NCBI GenBank assembly: GCA_964426555.1
Contig: CAYRQJ010000004.1
Span: 19,109-83,108, forward strand
Length of the DNA stretch: 64,000 bases
Reading direction: 5' to 3'
Source of the DNA: an uncultured Candidatus Saccharibacteria bacterium
Lineage (GTDB): Bacteria > Patescibacteriota > Minisyncoccia > Phycocordibacterales > UBA9973
Made by a program: the position numbers and the translations under genes. Positions 1-10,100 of the stretch are shown here, in pieces (positions within the stretch are counted from its first letter, which is position 1; each line of letters opens with the position of its first letter). Below the pieces are notes generated by a model. That model made no database searches, had not been told where the DNA came from, and saw only the letters and a program-made list of their open reading frames with translations.

Positions 1-50
1 AGGACCTTCGCTTTACAAAAGCGTTGCTCTACCAACTGAGCTAAAGCGGC
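1..50 (-). tRNA. tRNA-Thr (anticodon UGU), 5' 50 nt only; T-arm/3' acceptor lie beyond window start
   Basis: Reverse complement of 1-50 reads GCCGCTT-TA-GCTC-AGTTGGTA-GAGC-A-ACGCT-TTTGTAA-AGCGA-AGGTC-CT: canonical acceptor stem, D-arm, anticodon arm with U33, anticodon TGT, A37. Confidence 0.8.
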
Positions 51-219
51 AAACTATGTCACGCCAGCGTTGTATATTTAGAGATATGTGCGTTGTTCAT
101 ACCTACCAAAACAGCTAAAGCGGCATAGCTAAATAAATTGATGTTTAATAAATTAAACGATAATCTATTTAGCTATGAATATATTAGCATTTTGTTTAGA
201 CTTTTTCAAGTCCTGGTTT

Positions 220-933
220 TTAGTTAGCGTCTTTTTCTTCTTGTTTAATTTGAGCTGCTTTTTTTGCATCCAGTAACATTTGAGCCTTCATTTTTAGGAT
301 TTCAGGAACAGCTTTCTCTATTTCTTCAGTAGTCTTAAAGCCCGTATACAATTTTTCGTTCATTACCAATGCCGGCAATTTTGTGTCTTCAACTTTAAAG
401 ATTTTTATTAAAGACTGCAATGCGGTTAAATCCAAATTATAGTCAAAAGAATATATACGAACTTCAGGATAATTGTTGCGTAGTTCGGTAAGCACAGCAG
501 ATTGCTTTATACATTCACTACAATTTTCAGCTGTAGTATAAAAGTAAAATATTGGGACTACGGCTTCTCCGCATTTTGCTTTTATCTTTTGCATTAAAAG
601 ATAGTCTTTGATTTGTAGTAACGAATAGTAACGTTTTAATTCTGTGACTTCTTCTTTGTTTTTTATATTAGATTCACTGTATGCAATCTTTGCTGCCAAG
701 TCATTTAAAGTATCTGACAATGTATTTGCTGCTACATCTTTACAAGACAATTCTTGCAACAATTGAAACTGGGTCTCAGAAGACATAATGTCTATACCTA
801 TAGAATCTTGGATAGATTTTATATTTTCTAATTTTCGATTTGAAAGAAAAGAAGAAAGCCCAAGTGTAGTTATAAATAATGCCAAAGTTATAAGGAAAAC
901 CACAAAGTATCTTTTAGTGTCTGTTTTTTGCAT
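220..933 (-). CDS. membrane-anchored thioredoxin-like protein (CxxC: NCSEC)
   Basis: ORF 237 aa; N-terminal hydrophobic helix (FVVFLITLALFITTLGL), CSEC redox-type motif in C-terminal half; start codon abuts IR element. Confidence 0.6.
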   Translation of the reverse strand: MQKTDTKRYFVVFLITLALFITTLGLSSFLSNRKLENIKSIQDSIGIDIMSSETQFQLLQELSCKDVAANTLSDTLNDLAAKIAYSESNIKNKEEVTELKRYYSLLQIKDYLLMQKIKAKCGEAVVPIFYFYTTAENCSECIKQSAVLTELRNNYPEVRIYSFDYNLDLTALQSLIKIFKVEDTKLPALVMNEKLYTGFKTTEEIEKAVPEILKMKAQMLLDAKKAAQIKQEEKDAN

Positions 934-1051
934 CCCGTTAGAAGCAGATCGCGATCAATTCACGATTTTGCTTTATTACATTTATAATTTTTGTTTGTTT
1001 TAAATTCATACATTTACACATATTTACATTGCGATCGCGGCTTCTAACGGG
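934..1051. repeat. 117-bp IR-bounded element copy 1 (TIR CCCGTTAGAAGCAGATCGCGATC ... GATCGCGGCTTCTAACGGG), abutting start codon of 220..933
   Basis: Perfect 11-12 bp terminal inverted repeat, about 19 bp imperfect; AT-rich interior about 80% identical to copy at 35195-35310; CAT of the gene at 931-933 immediately precedes the element. Confidence 0.8.
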
Positions 1052-1075
1052 ATTGCATATTTCTATATCCTAACA

Positions 1076-2341
1076 TTAAATTCCGCGCGCGTCACGTTCA
1101 CCTGTCCAACTGGCTTCATAAGACCTGATAGCGTTGTACAGTGCCTTCATAAGCCAAAATGGAGCTACAATACTGTATATAAAGAAAAATAAGATAATGT
1201 TTATAGAAAGCTTGATTTTACCCTGTTTGATTTTTTGTCCAATAAACAGTGAATTAAACACCGCTAAATACACTAAAATAGTTAGAAATAATATGGCATT
1301 TGTAGGCACATAAAACCAGTCAAAACCAGCGCTGGGCATTTTAAAAACTTGACCAGTAGCTGAAACAGAAAGATATTTTACATATAAATAATTTACAATA
1401 TTATATATAGTAAACAAAAACAAAAATACAACTGATAATGCAGAAACTATACCACTGGGTAATGTTATAAACCCAATATTCCCATACTGTCTTCGGAACA
1501 ATAAATGCCTGTAATCAAATACATTTTTAAAAAAACCATAAAGCCAACGAATGCGTTGACGATACAACCCACCAACAGTTGGTGGCGCAATAGTGTAAAC
1601 ATAAGCATCAGGAGCATGTTCAATCTTCATATGGTTTTGCTTCATACGTAATGCAATTTCCTGATCTTCGGTCATATAAGCATGACGATACGGACCAATT
1701 TTATCAAAAACAGCTTTTCTAAAAATAGAAAACGGACCAGGTGTAACATGAATAGCATCCACAAAAGCCAACATCTTTTTTACAAAAATAGAAAAATCAT
1801 ATTCTACTGCTTGTGCGCGCTGGACAATAGTTTTAGGTTCGTGGGTTACAATAGTTGGAGCTACCGCCATAACATCTGGAGAAAAGAAATAAGTCATGAT
1901 GCGTTTTAAAGATTGCGGATGAACCATAGAGTCTGAATCCAGACAGCCAACAAACGGAGTATGCGAATTTTCTAAACCAAGATTATTAGCAGAAAATTTA
2001 CCACCATTTTCTTTTGTAAAAAGTTTTATATTGGGTACATCTTTATACTGTTGCATTATTTGCCAAGTATCGTCCGTGGACCCATCGTCAACAATATTTA
2101 TAAAAAGCTTATCCATTGGATAATCTAATTCTAAAAGAGATTTTACCGTTTTTTCTATATTATGAGATTCGTTATATGCAGGGATGGTTATAGTTACCCC
2201 AGGATAGTCTGGGAGTTCAATTTTTTCAGTACGAACCAATAAATCCTTTCTTTTTTGTAAAAAAACATACAAAAAAAACACCTGCACATAAAGAGATACA
2301 AACGAAAATGCATAAAATAGAACCATGCGCAGATCTTCCAT
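1076..2341 (-). CDS. processive family-2 glycosyltransferase (PgaC/IcaA/NodC/cellulose-synthase-like)
   Basis: 421 aa; DGSTDDT (DXD) motif, QRIRW (QxxRW) processivity motif, N- and C-terminal TM helices. Confidence 0.8.
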   Translation of the reverse strand: MEDLRMVLFYAFSFVSLYVQVFFLYVFLQKRKDLLVRTEKIELPDYPGVTITIPAYNESHNIEKTVKSLLELDYPMDKLFINIVDDGSTDDTWQIMQQYKDVPNIKLFTKENGGKFSANNLGLENSHTPFVGCLDSDSMVHPQSLKRIMTYFFSPDVMAVAPTIVTHEPKTIVQRAQAVEYDFSIFVKKMLAFVDAIHVTPGPFSIFRKAVFDKIGPYRHAYMTEDQEIALRMKQNHMKIEHAPDAYVYTIAPPTVGGLYRQRIRWLYGFFKNVFDYRHLLFRRQYGNIGFITLPSGIVSALSVVFLFLFTIYNIVNYLYVKYLSVSATGQVFKMPSAGFDWFYVPTNAILFLTILVYLAVFNSLFIGQKIKQGKIKLSINIILFFFIYSIVAPFWLMKALYNAIRSYEASWTGERDARGI

Positions 2342-2418
2342 ATATATTACAACTATAGCACAAAAGGCCTATTTTTTAAATGGTGGTATAGATTTTATAA
2401 AATGCTACAATATACAAA

Positions 2419-3251
2419 TGGAACAAGAAAATAACACACAAGACAATTCTACGCATTCACAAAATGATGTAGAAAATAATATTAATAGCACAGTTTCTAA
2501 TGTTACTAATGAAAATAGCGAAGCAGTGATAGTAGAAAAATCTGCAAAAACTGGTAGCAAAATTAGTCCGTCAAATGCAATTGTAATTGCCGGAGTATTA
2601 ATAGCGCTAGCAGTAATTGTAACTGGGCGCGGAAGTATAGATGGTAAAAAATTAAAATCTGGAGACAAATTAGAAGTTAAAGAAATTTCAGAAACTCGTA
2701 GCTTGTCCCCTGTTTCAAAAACAGAACACGTTCGCGGGGATTTATCTAAAGCTAAAGTTGCAATTGTAGAATTTTCAGACTTTCAATGTCCATACTGTAA
2801 AGCAATGCACCCAAATTTATTAAGTATCATGGAAAATTACGGAACTGATGTTGTTTTGGTTTATCGTCATTACCCATTGGAATCTATTCACCCATTAGCA
2901 AGACCAACAGCAATAGCCAGTGAATGTGTAGCTGAAATTGCAGGAAATGATGGGTTTTGGAAATTTACAGATAGTATCTTTAATTATACAGGATCAGGTA
3001 ATCCATTAGAGCAAACTAATTTAGAAACAATTGCAGTATCAAGTGGTGCTAATTTAGAAAAAATTAAAAGCTGTGTTAATAGTGGTAAATACGACAAACT
3101 AATTGACGCTTCAATAGACGATGGTAATAATGCTGGTGTACAAGGAACTCCAGATCTAACAGTGATAAATCTTGAAACTGGTGAAGCTATCCATGCCGGC
3201 GCCGACCCACGAGCTTTAATGCAAATACTTTCAAAAATTTTAAAAAAATAA
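2419..3251 (+). CDS. DsbA-family thiol:disulfide oxidoreductase, membrane anchored
   Basis: FSDFQCPYCK thioredoxin-fold CPYC motif; TM helix IVIAGVLIALAVIV. The ORF track starts at 2325, overlapping the 5' end of the divergent GT2 gene, so the internal ATG at 2419 is preferred. Confidence 0.75.
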
Positions 3252-3269
3252 ATTAAAATTTATAAACAA

Positions 3270-3296
3270 TAAAACCCCATTTAATGGGGTTTTATT
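3270..3296. terminator. bidirectional rho-independent terminator hairpin (AAAACCCCATTTAATGGGGTTTT)
   Basis: GC stem CCCCAT/ATGGGG flanked by A-run and T-run between convergent genes. Confidence 0.7.
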
Positions 3297-3888
3297 GTTT
3301 TTCTTTATTTTTTAACCGTAATACAAGTAAAAATACCGTAAAAGTAGACACTGTGGCACGAATGCCATATACCAAAGGCAATAATGCCATTGTTTTTAAT
3401 GGTTGTATTGTACCCAGACCTGACGCTAGTGCGTTAATTCCCCACATACTAAGAGATTCGGTATTTTTTGAAGATTTCCATAAATGGACAAATGTTGGAA
3501 AATAAGCAATAACTAAAATAAACTGAATGGCTAAATGCGCTAAGATATTTTGACCACTGACTAGCCAACCAATAAAAATAACTCCAGTTAAAAGCAAACA
3601 ATATTTTTCAAATTTATTAAATATTCTACGAGTATTTTTATTAAACAAAACAACAAAGAAAATTGTTATTGTTGAAAAACTATCAATAATATTAAATGCA
3701 TTAGAAGTTATACCATTTATTCCTGTTTCCTTATAACTAGTTAGTATGCTTAATAAATTAGCAATTACTAAGAAAAGCCATGTTGCAAGAATTGGTTTTG
3801 ATTTCCCAGATTTAATTGAAACCAAATAGATACTGCAATATGTAATAATAAAAATAACCATTAAAATCTGCGGAAGGAATTTTATCAT
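3292..3888 (-). CDS. hypothetical polytopic membrane protein
   Basis: 198 aa, about 6 predicted hydrophobic helices, no recognisable motif. Confidence 0.5.
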   Translation of the reverse strand: MIKFLPQILMVIFIITYCSIYLVSIKSGKSKPILATWLFLVIANLLSILTSYKETGINGITSNAFNIIDSFSTITIFFVVLFNKNTRRIFNKFEKYCLLLTGVIFIGWLVSGQNILAHLAIQFILVIAYFPTFVHLWKSSKNTESLSMWGINALASGLGTIQPLKTMALLPLVYGIRATVSTFTVFLLVLRLKNKEKQ

Positions 3889-3909
3889 GTAATTTATTCT
3901 ACTACGAGT

Positions 3910-5271
3910 TTAGTCGAAGTAATTTCTTAGACGAATTATTTTTTGGTGAGTACGCAACTTTTCGTGGACCTTGGCTTCGATTTGGCGAATACGTTCACGA
4001 GTAACTTGGAATTCTTGACCTACTTCTTCCAGTGTATGCTGTACACCGTCTAGTAGTCCAAAACGTAGTTCTAATATGCGACGTTCTTTAGGAGAAAGTT
4101 CTGCTAAAACTTCACGAATTTGGTCTTGTAAAATTCGTCTAGAAGATTCTTGGTCGGGTCTTAAAATTTTATCATCGGCAATAAAATCACCACGAGCTGA
4201 TTTGTCTTCATCGTCACCAATAGGTTGTTCCAACGACACTGTGTCTTGGTTGATTTGCTGAATCATATGGATTTTGTCTACTTCGATGTCCATTTCAGTA
4301 GCTATTTCTTCGGGCATTGGTTCACGGCCCAAATCTTGAGCTAAACGGCGTACAACTTGTTTGTATTTGGAAATAGTTTCTACCATGTGCACAGGTATAC
4401 GAATAGTACGAGACTGGTCAGCCAATGCACGAGTAATAGATTGACGAATCCACCATGTAGCATAAGTTGAGAATTTGTAACCTTTTGTCCAGTCAAATTT
4501 TTCTACGGCTTTAAATAATCCAAGGTTTCCTTCTTGAATAAGATCAAGTAGTGAAAGATCTGCAGATCGCCCAACATATTTTTTTGCAATAGACACAACA
4601 AGACGCAAGTTTGCACGAGCTAAAATATTTTTAGCTTCTTCTTCACCTTTTTCAATTCTACGCGCTAAATCACGCTCGTCCGCTGCTGTTACCAGTGCGT
4701 ATTGCCCAATTTCACGAAGATACATTTGAATGGAATCGTATTGACTAGACGGCACATCACGCAGTACTTTATCGTTGGCTTTTAATGCATCTACGTCTAA
4801 GTCCAGCAAATTTCCGCCTTCTAATACATCAATATGAACAAATAGAAACATTTCATATAATTCATCTAAAAGAGAAATATTATGTTCAATATCTGGAAAT
4901 TCTTTTAAGATTTCGTCGTATGTTATAAAACCACGTTTTTTACCTTTTTCTAAAAGTACATTCTTTTTTTCTTCAATAAAATTTTTATTTTTACTTAAAG
5001 GAGTATTTTTGGTAGTTGATTTAGATACTGTTTTTGATACAGGTTTCTTTACTACATTTTTTACAGGTTTTTTAGATGGTGTTTTTTTAACAATTTTCTT
5101 TACAATCTTTTTAGGTGCTATTTTTTTAACTACCTTTTTTACAGGTTTAACAACTTTTTTAGGTGCTGCTTTTTTTGCAGGTGTTTTTACTACTTTCCCG
5201 CCTGCGTGGACAGGTTTTTTGTTTTTAGAAACAGGTTTTACAGGTTTTTTTGTTTGTTTTTTTGTTGCCAT
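3910..5271 (-). CDS. rpoD: RNA polymerase sigma-70 factor RpoD with lysine-rich N-terminal extension
   Basis: Region 2.x motif [40 protein letters not shown]; region 4 [19 protein letters not shown]; N-terminal about 90 aa of KKPVK/AKKA repeats. Confidence 0.95.
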   Translation of the reverse strand: MATKKQTKKPVKPVSKNKKPVHAGGKVVKTPAKKAAPKKVVKPVKKVVKKIAPKKIVKKIVKKTPSKKPVKNVVKKPVSKTVSKSTTKNTPLSKNKNFIEEKKNVLLEKGKKRGFITYDEILKEFPDIEHNISLLDELYEMFLFVHIDVLEGGNLLDLDVDALKANDKVLRDVPSSQYDSIQMYLREIGQYALVTAADERDLARRIEKGEEEAKNILARANLRLVVSIAKKYVGRSADLSLLDLIQEGNLGLFKAVEKFDWTKGYKFSTYATWWIRQSITRALADQSRTIRIPVHMVETISKYKQVVRRLAQDLGREPMPEEIATEMDIEVDKIHMIQQINQDTVSLEQPIGDDEDKSARGDFIADDKILRPDQESSRRILQDQIREVLAELSPKERRILELRFGLLDGVQHTLEEVGQEFQVTRERIRQIEAKVHEKLRTHQKIIRLRNYFD

Positions 5272-5398
5272 ATCCCATTAGAAATAAGAAATCAAAGATT
5301 TCTGTATTTGATTATCTATTAAAATTAAATCGATTATATTCATCTATTATACTAAATTAAACTATTAAACTGAACAATTTCTAAACGGGACATGTATA

Positions 5399-7174
5399 TT
5401 ATGTGTTACGACGCTTTTGCTTAATAATTTCAATCTTCTTTTGGAGTATCTGGTATTCTTTAATCAAATCAAGGTTATTTTCGTTAGTGATTAATTTTTC
5501 TTTAACTTGATTTACTATATCACGAATAATATTTTCTTCATATATTAACAATAATTCATTAATGTAAGATTGTTTATTACTGGCTCGGTCAAAGTCTATC
5601 TCAGCAGCTAATGATAATTCTTCAAATTGAGGTTTAAGATTTGATATTTCGTTTTCTAAAATTTCATTGGGGATATTTTCTTTTGCAAAATCTCGAATGG
5701 TGTCTCTATGCGAATATATTTGGCTATTTATATCTTGACTGGCAAAATATATTCCATAAAATTTTTCTTTAATACTACTGGGTTTTTCATTTTGTAAAAT
5801 TTGCACACTGGGATTTTCTACTGAAACTGTATTATTTGTACTATTGTTTTCTTTTTTTATTAAGTCATCTACATCTTTTAAAATAAAATCTATATTAATT
5901 GAAAAATATTTTTCTACAATTCTTGCTGCTTCTTGACGGTCAACCGCACTGGAAAGTATAGCAATTAATGGCAGAATTTCTTTTTTTACTTCTTGAATTG
6001 ATTTTTCTCGAACATCATTTTTATTAATTATTTCTTGACACAAAGATTCTATTGGAAGTTGTGCTTCACGCAAAATATTTTTCCATATGTCTATTCCACC
6101 AACTCCGGAAAGTATATCTGCTGGGTCTTTAGCTCCTGGTAAATTTTTAATTAATTTAATATTTATACCTAATGGCAATGCAACATTTAGTACTCGGATT
6201 TTTGCTTTTCTACCAGCTTCATCATTATCTAATGCTAAAATCATATTTTTAGAAAGTCGTGACAACAAACCAAGATGTGTAGGTGTACCAGTTTCATTTA
6301 TTGTATCCCCGGAGAATGCTGTACCTGATACTGCAACAGTATTAGGAAAACCCGACTGATGGGACAATACTACATCAAACTGTCCTTCTACTACTACAGA
6401 AAAATCATGTTTACGAATATATTGTTTTGCATGAGAAAAACCATATAAAATATTAGACTTGTGATAAACTTCTGTTTCAGGAGAATTTATATATTTCCCA
6501 GTTTTACCATCATCAAGCTGTGGTAGTATTCTTCCAGAATAACCAATTACTCTACCCGCAGAATCTTCAATAGGAAACATTATTCTTCCTCGGAATCTAT
6601 TATAAATGGTATTACCATTTGAATTTTCTTTTTCAGATTTTATAGCAAGACCACATTTTATGATTGTGTCATCTGTATAATTTAAACTTTTTAAATGATC
6701 AGTTAGAGAATTCCAAGAATTATCTGCGTATCCTATTTTAAAGTTTTTAATTGTTTCAGATTTTAACGAACGAGACTGCAAATAATCCATTGCGTCTTTA
6801 TCTTTTAAAAGATTTTCTTCAAAAAATTTTGTAGCATCTTTTAAACAAGAATACATTATTTCTTTTTGATCTATTTCTTGTTTTGAAACTGGCTTCAAAG
6901 TTACACCTGCGCGGCGAGCTAGTTCTTCTAGCGCACCGCGAAAGTCTAACCCTTCGTAACGTTCTACAAAAGAAAATATGTCGCCTTTTTCGCCGCAACC
7001 AAAACAGTAATATGTGCCGCGGTCAGGCGAGACATAAAAACTGGCTGATTTTTCGTTGTGAAAAGGACATCGTGCACTAAGGTATTTTCCTTTTTGGGTA
7101 AGAGTAAGATACGAGCCAACGATTTCATCTATTGGCAGTCTAGATTTAATTTCTTCCACATGACTACCCCACAT
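5399..7174 (-). CDS. dnaG: DNA primase DnaG
   Basis: CHC2 zinc finger CPFHNEKSASFYV...YYCFGCGEKGD; TOPRIM region (VVVEGQFDV, LDNDEAG). Confidence 0.95.
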   Translation of the reverse strand: MWGSHVEEIKSRLPIDEIVGSYLTLTQKGKYLSARCPFHNEKSASFYVSPDRGTYYCFGCGEKGDIFSFVERYEGLDFRGALEELARRAGVTLKPVSKQEIDQKEIMYSCLKDATKFFEENLLKDKDAMDYLQSRSLKSETIKNFKIGYADNSWNSLTDHLKSLNYTDDTIIKCGLAIKSEKENSNGNTIYNRFRGRIMFPIEDSAGRVIGYSGRILPQLDDGKTGKYINSPETEVYHKSNILYGFSHAKQYIRKHDFSVVVEGQFDVVLSHQSGFPNTVAVSGTAFSGDTINETGTPTHLGLLSRLSKNMILALDNDEAGRKAKIRVLNVALPLGINIKLIKNLPGAKDPADILSGVGGIDIWKNILREAQLPIESLCQEIINKNDVREKSIQEVKKEILPLIAILSSAVDRQEAARIVEKYFSINIDFILKDVDDLIKKENNSTNNTVSVENPSVQILQNEKPSSIKEKFYGIYFASQDINSQIYSHRDTIRDFAKENIPNEILENEISNLKPQFEELSLAAEIDFDRASNKQSYINELLLIYEENIIRDIVNQVKEKLITNENNLDLIKEYQILQKKIEIIKQKRRNT

Positions 7175-7185
7175 ACAATATTTAA

Positions 7186-10100
7186 TTACAAGGCTTCCCC
7201 TGTTTCTTCGTCGATAATAATATCGTCAGATATTTCTCTAAATCCAGTACCAGCTGGTATAAGTCTTCCAACAATAACGTTTTCTTTTAGACCACGTAGA
7301 CGGTCAATTCCACCTTTTACAGCATTGTTAATCAAAACACGATTTGTATTTTGGAAAGATGCAGCTGAAAGCCAAGATTTTGCAGTAAGAGAAACTTCTG
7401 TAATTCCAAGAACTAATGAATCTGCTTTTGAAATTCTTAGGCCTTCGTATTCTAAGCGCATGTTTTCTTCGTCTAGTTCAATCTTTTCTACAATTTCTCC
7501 TGGAGACAATGTTGAATCTCCTGTTTCTTTTACACGCATACGAGAGAACATTTGACGGATGATAATTTCAATATGTTTATGGTCAATAGATGCACTTTGT
7601 AATTCGTAAACTTTTGTAATTTCACGAACAATATAATCTTGTGCCATTTTAGCGCCACCTGTTTTAAAGATTTCACCAATATCAGCTGAACCATCAGTAA
7701 GTAATTCCCCAGCAACAACTTTTTGCCCTGGTTTTACGATTGGGTTACGGCGATTTGGTAATACATATTCAATTGAACCATCTTTACTTGCTCCGCGTTC
7801 GTTTGAAAGAACAACTATAGTTTTTTCTGATCCAGTTTGACGAACTTCTAAAACTTCTCCGTCTACTTTACTTAGAATAGCTGGACTTTTTGGAATACGA
7901 CGTTCGAAGATTTCTTCAATACGAGGAAGACCTTGGGTAATATCAGTACCTGCTACACCTCCGGCGTGGAATGTACGCAGTGTTAACTGTGTTCCAGGTT
8001 CACCAATAGCTTGCGCTGCAATAATACCCACAGCCTGACCAAATGCAATCATTTCGTTTCGTCCAAGATCAGCTCCGTAACATAATTTACATACTCCAAA
8101 TCGTCCTTTACATCCAAGTGGTGTACGAACAACTACTTCGGTTACACCTTTGGCTACAATATCAATTGCAATATCTTTTGTTACAAGAGTATTCTTTTTA
8201 TATAATGAATTTCCACCTTTATCTTTAAGATCAATAGCTAATACACGTCCACGAATTTGGCGTAGTAATGGAATTTCTGTACCACCAATAGTTTCTGTTT
8301 TAAGAATTTTTGATTCTTTTGTTTTACAATCTTCTTCAGTAATGATTACGTCTTGTGACACATCAACTAAACGACGAGTCAAATAACCAGCTTTAGCAGT
8401 ATTCAATGCTGTATCGGCAGAACCTTTACGAGAACCGTGAGTAGTAATGAAATATTGAATTGGAGAAAGACCTTCGATGTAAGATGGGATAACTGGGTAG
8501 TCAATAATACGCCCTGTTGTGTTAACAATAAGACCTTTCATTCCACACATTTGAACCATTGACCCCATGTTTCCACGAGCTCCTGAAATGATTAAATCAT
8601 ATGTACTACTTTTTGGATCAAGTGTTGCAGGAATTGCTTTCTCAATTTCTTTTTTAGCTTTTTCCCAAATTTCAAGAACTTTACGATAACGTTCTTCGTC
8701 AGTCAAAAGACCATCTTCGTAGTGACCAATAACAATTAGTTCTTTAGCACGAGCTGCTTTTACGATAGCTTCTTTTTCTACAGGAACACGTACGTTATCA
8801 ATACCCCAAGTAGTTCCTGATTTTGTAGCATAACGGAAACCGAATGCTTTGATTTTATCTAAGAAACCAGCAGTAACATCAATACCGTAGTGGAAGATCA
8901 AATCATCAACTAATGCACTAACGCCTTTTTTACCCATTTCTTCGTTAATATATGGGAATGTTTCTGGCAAAATATTGTTAAACAAAATTCTTCCTACTGT
9001 TGTTTCAAAAACTTTACCTTCAAATTTTGCATATTTTTCTTTTGTAGTTGGTAAAACTTTTATTTTTGTACGGTAGTCAATATGTCCAAAATCAAGTGCT
9101 AAAATTGCTTGGTTTGGTGAAGAGAAAATCATACCTTGACCTTTTTCGTCTGGAACATCTTTTGTCATCCAGAAAGATCCCAATACCATGTCCATTTTTG
9201 GTTCTGTAATTGGTTCACCGTTTTGTGGTTTCAACAAGTTTTTGTTTGCAGCCATTAACATGCGAGCTTCGTCTTGTGAAGCTTCACTAAGCGGTAGATA
9301 TACTGCCATTTGGTCTCCATCAAAGTCCGCGTTGAACCCTGTACAAACCAATGGGTGTAGTTGAATAGCATTACCTTCGATCAAAACTGGCATAAATGCT
9401 TGAATACCTAAACGGTGCAATGTTGGAGCACGGTTTAGTAATACATATTTACCTTTGATTACATCTTCAAGAATTGCCCAAACTTCTGGGATTTGATCTT
9501 CAATTAATTTGTTTGCTCCACGAATATTGTAAGCTAATTCTGTTTCAATAAGTTTTGCAATAACAAATGGACGGAATAATTCCAGTGCCATATGTTTTGG
9601 AAGACCACATTGGTTTAAAGACAGATCTGGTCCAACAACAATTACACTACGTCCAGAATAGTCCACACGCTTACCAAGCAAGTTTGCACGGAAAAGACCT
9701 TGTTTAGATTTCAAGTTATCAGCTAAAGATTTTAAAGCTCTCTTTTGAGATTGACTCATAGCTTGAGCACCATCTTGTTTTGCCATTGAGTTATCAATCA
9801 ATGCATCAACTGCTTCTTGCAAGATTCTTTTTTCATTTCTTAGAATTACATCTGGAGCTGAAATTTCTATCAGCTTACGCAAGCGATTGTTACGGTTGAT
9901 AACACGTCGGTAAAGGTCGTTAATATCACTTGTAGCATGACGTCCACCATCCAGCGCCACCATAGGACGAAGAGCTGGTGGAATAACTGGAATAACAGAC
10001 AAGAACATCCATTCAGGACGAGAATGTGAATGAAGTAGTGAACGAATTAACGCCAATCTTTTTTCTGTTTTTTCACGATCAAGTGATTTTGATTTTTCAA

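Noticed and set aside
1682-1909. Multiple 60-170-aa ORFs antisense within rpoB, rpoC, dnaG, smc, gyrB, the fibre genes, folD etc. (e.g. 1682..1909, 5009..5281, 11609..12010, 25939..26445, 43213..43626, 60800..61264)
   Set aside because: All lie entirely inside and antisense to strongly supported genes; compositions are typical of shadow ORFs (Ser/Thr/Phe-rich); no motifs.
2325-2418. 5' extension of the DsbA-like ORF (start at 2325)
   Set aside because: Would overlap the 5' end of the divergent GT2 gene by 17 nt and adds a non-conserved MRRSSIYITT... segment; internal ATG at 2419 preferred.
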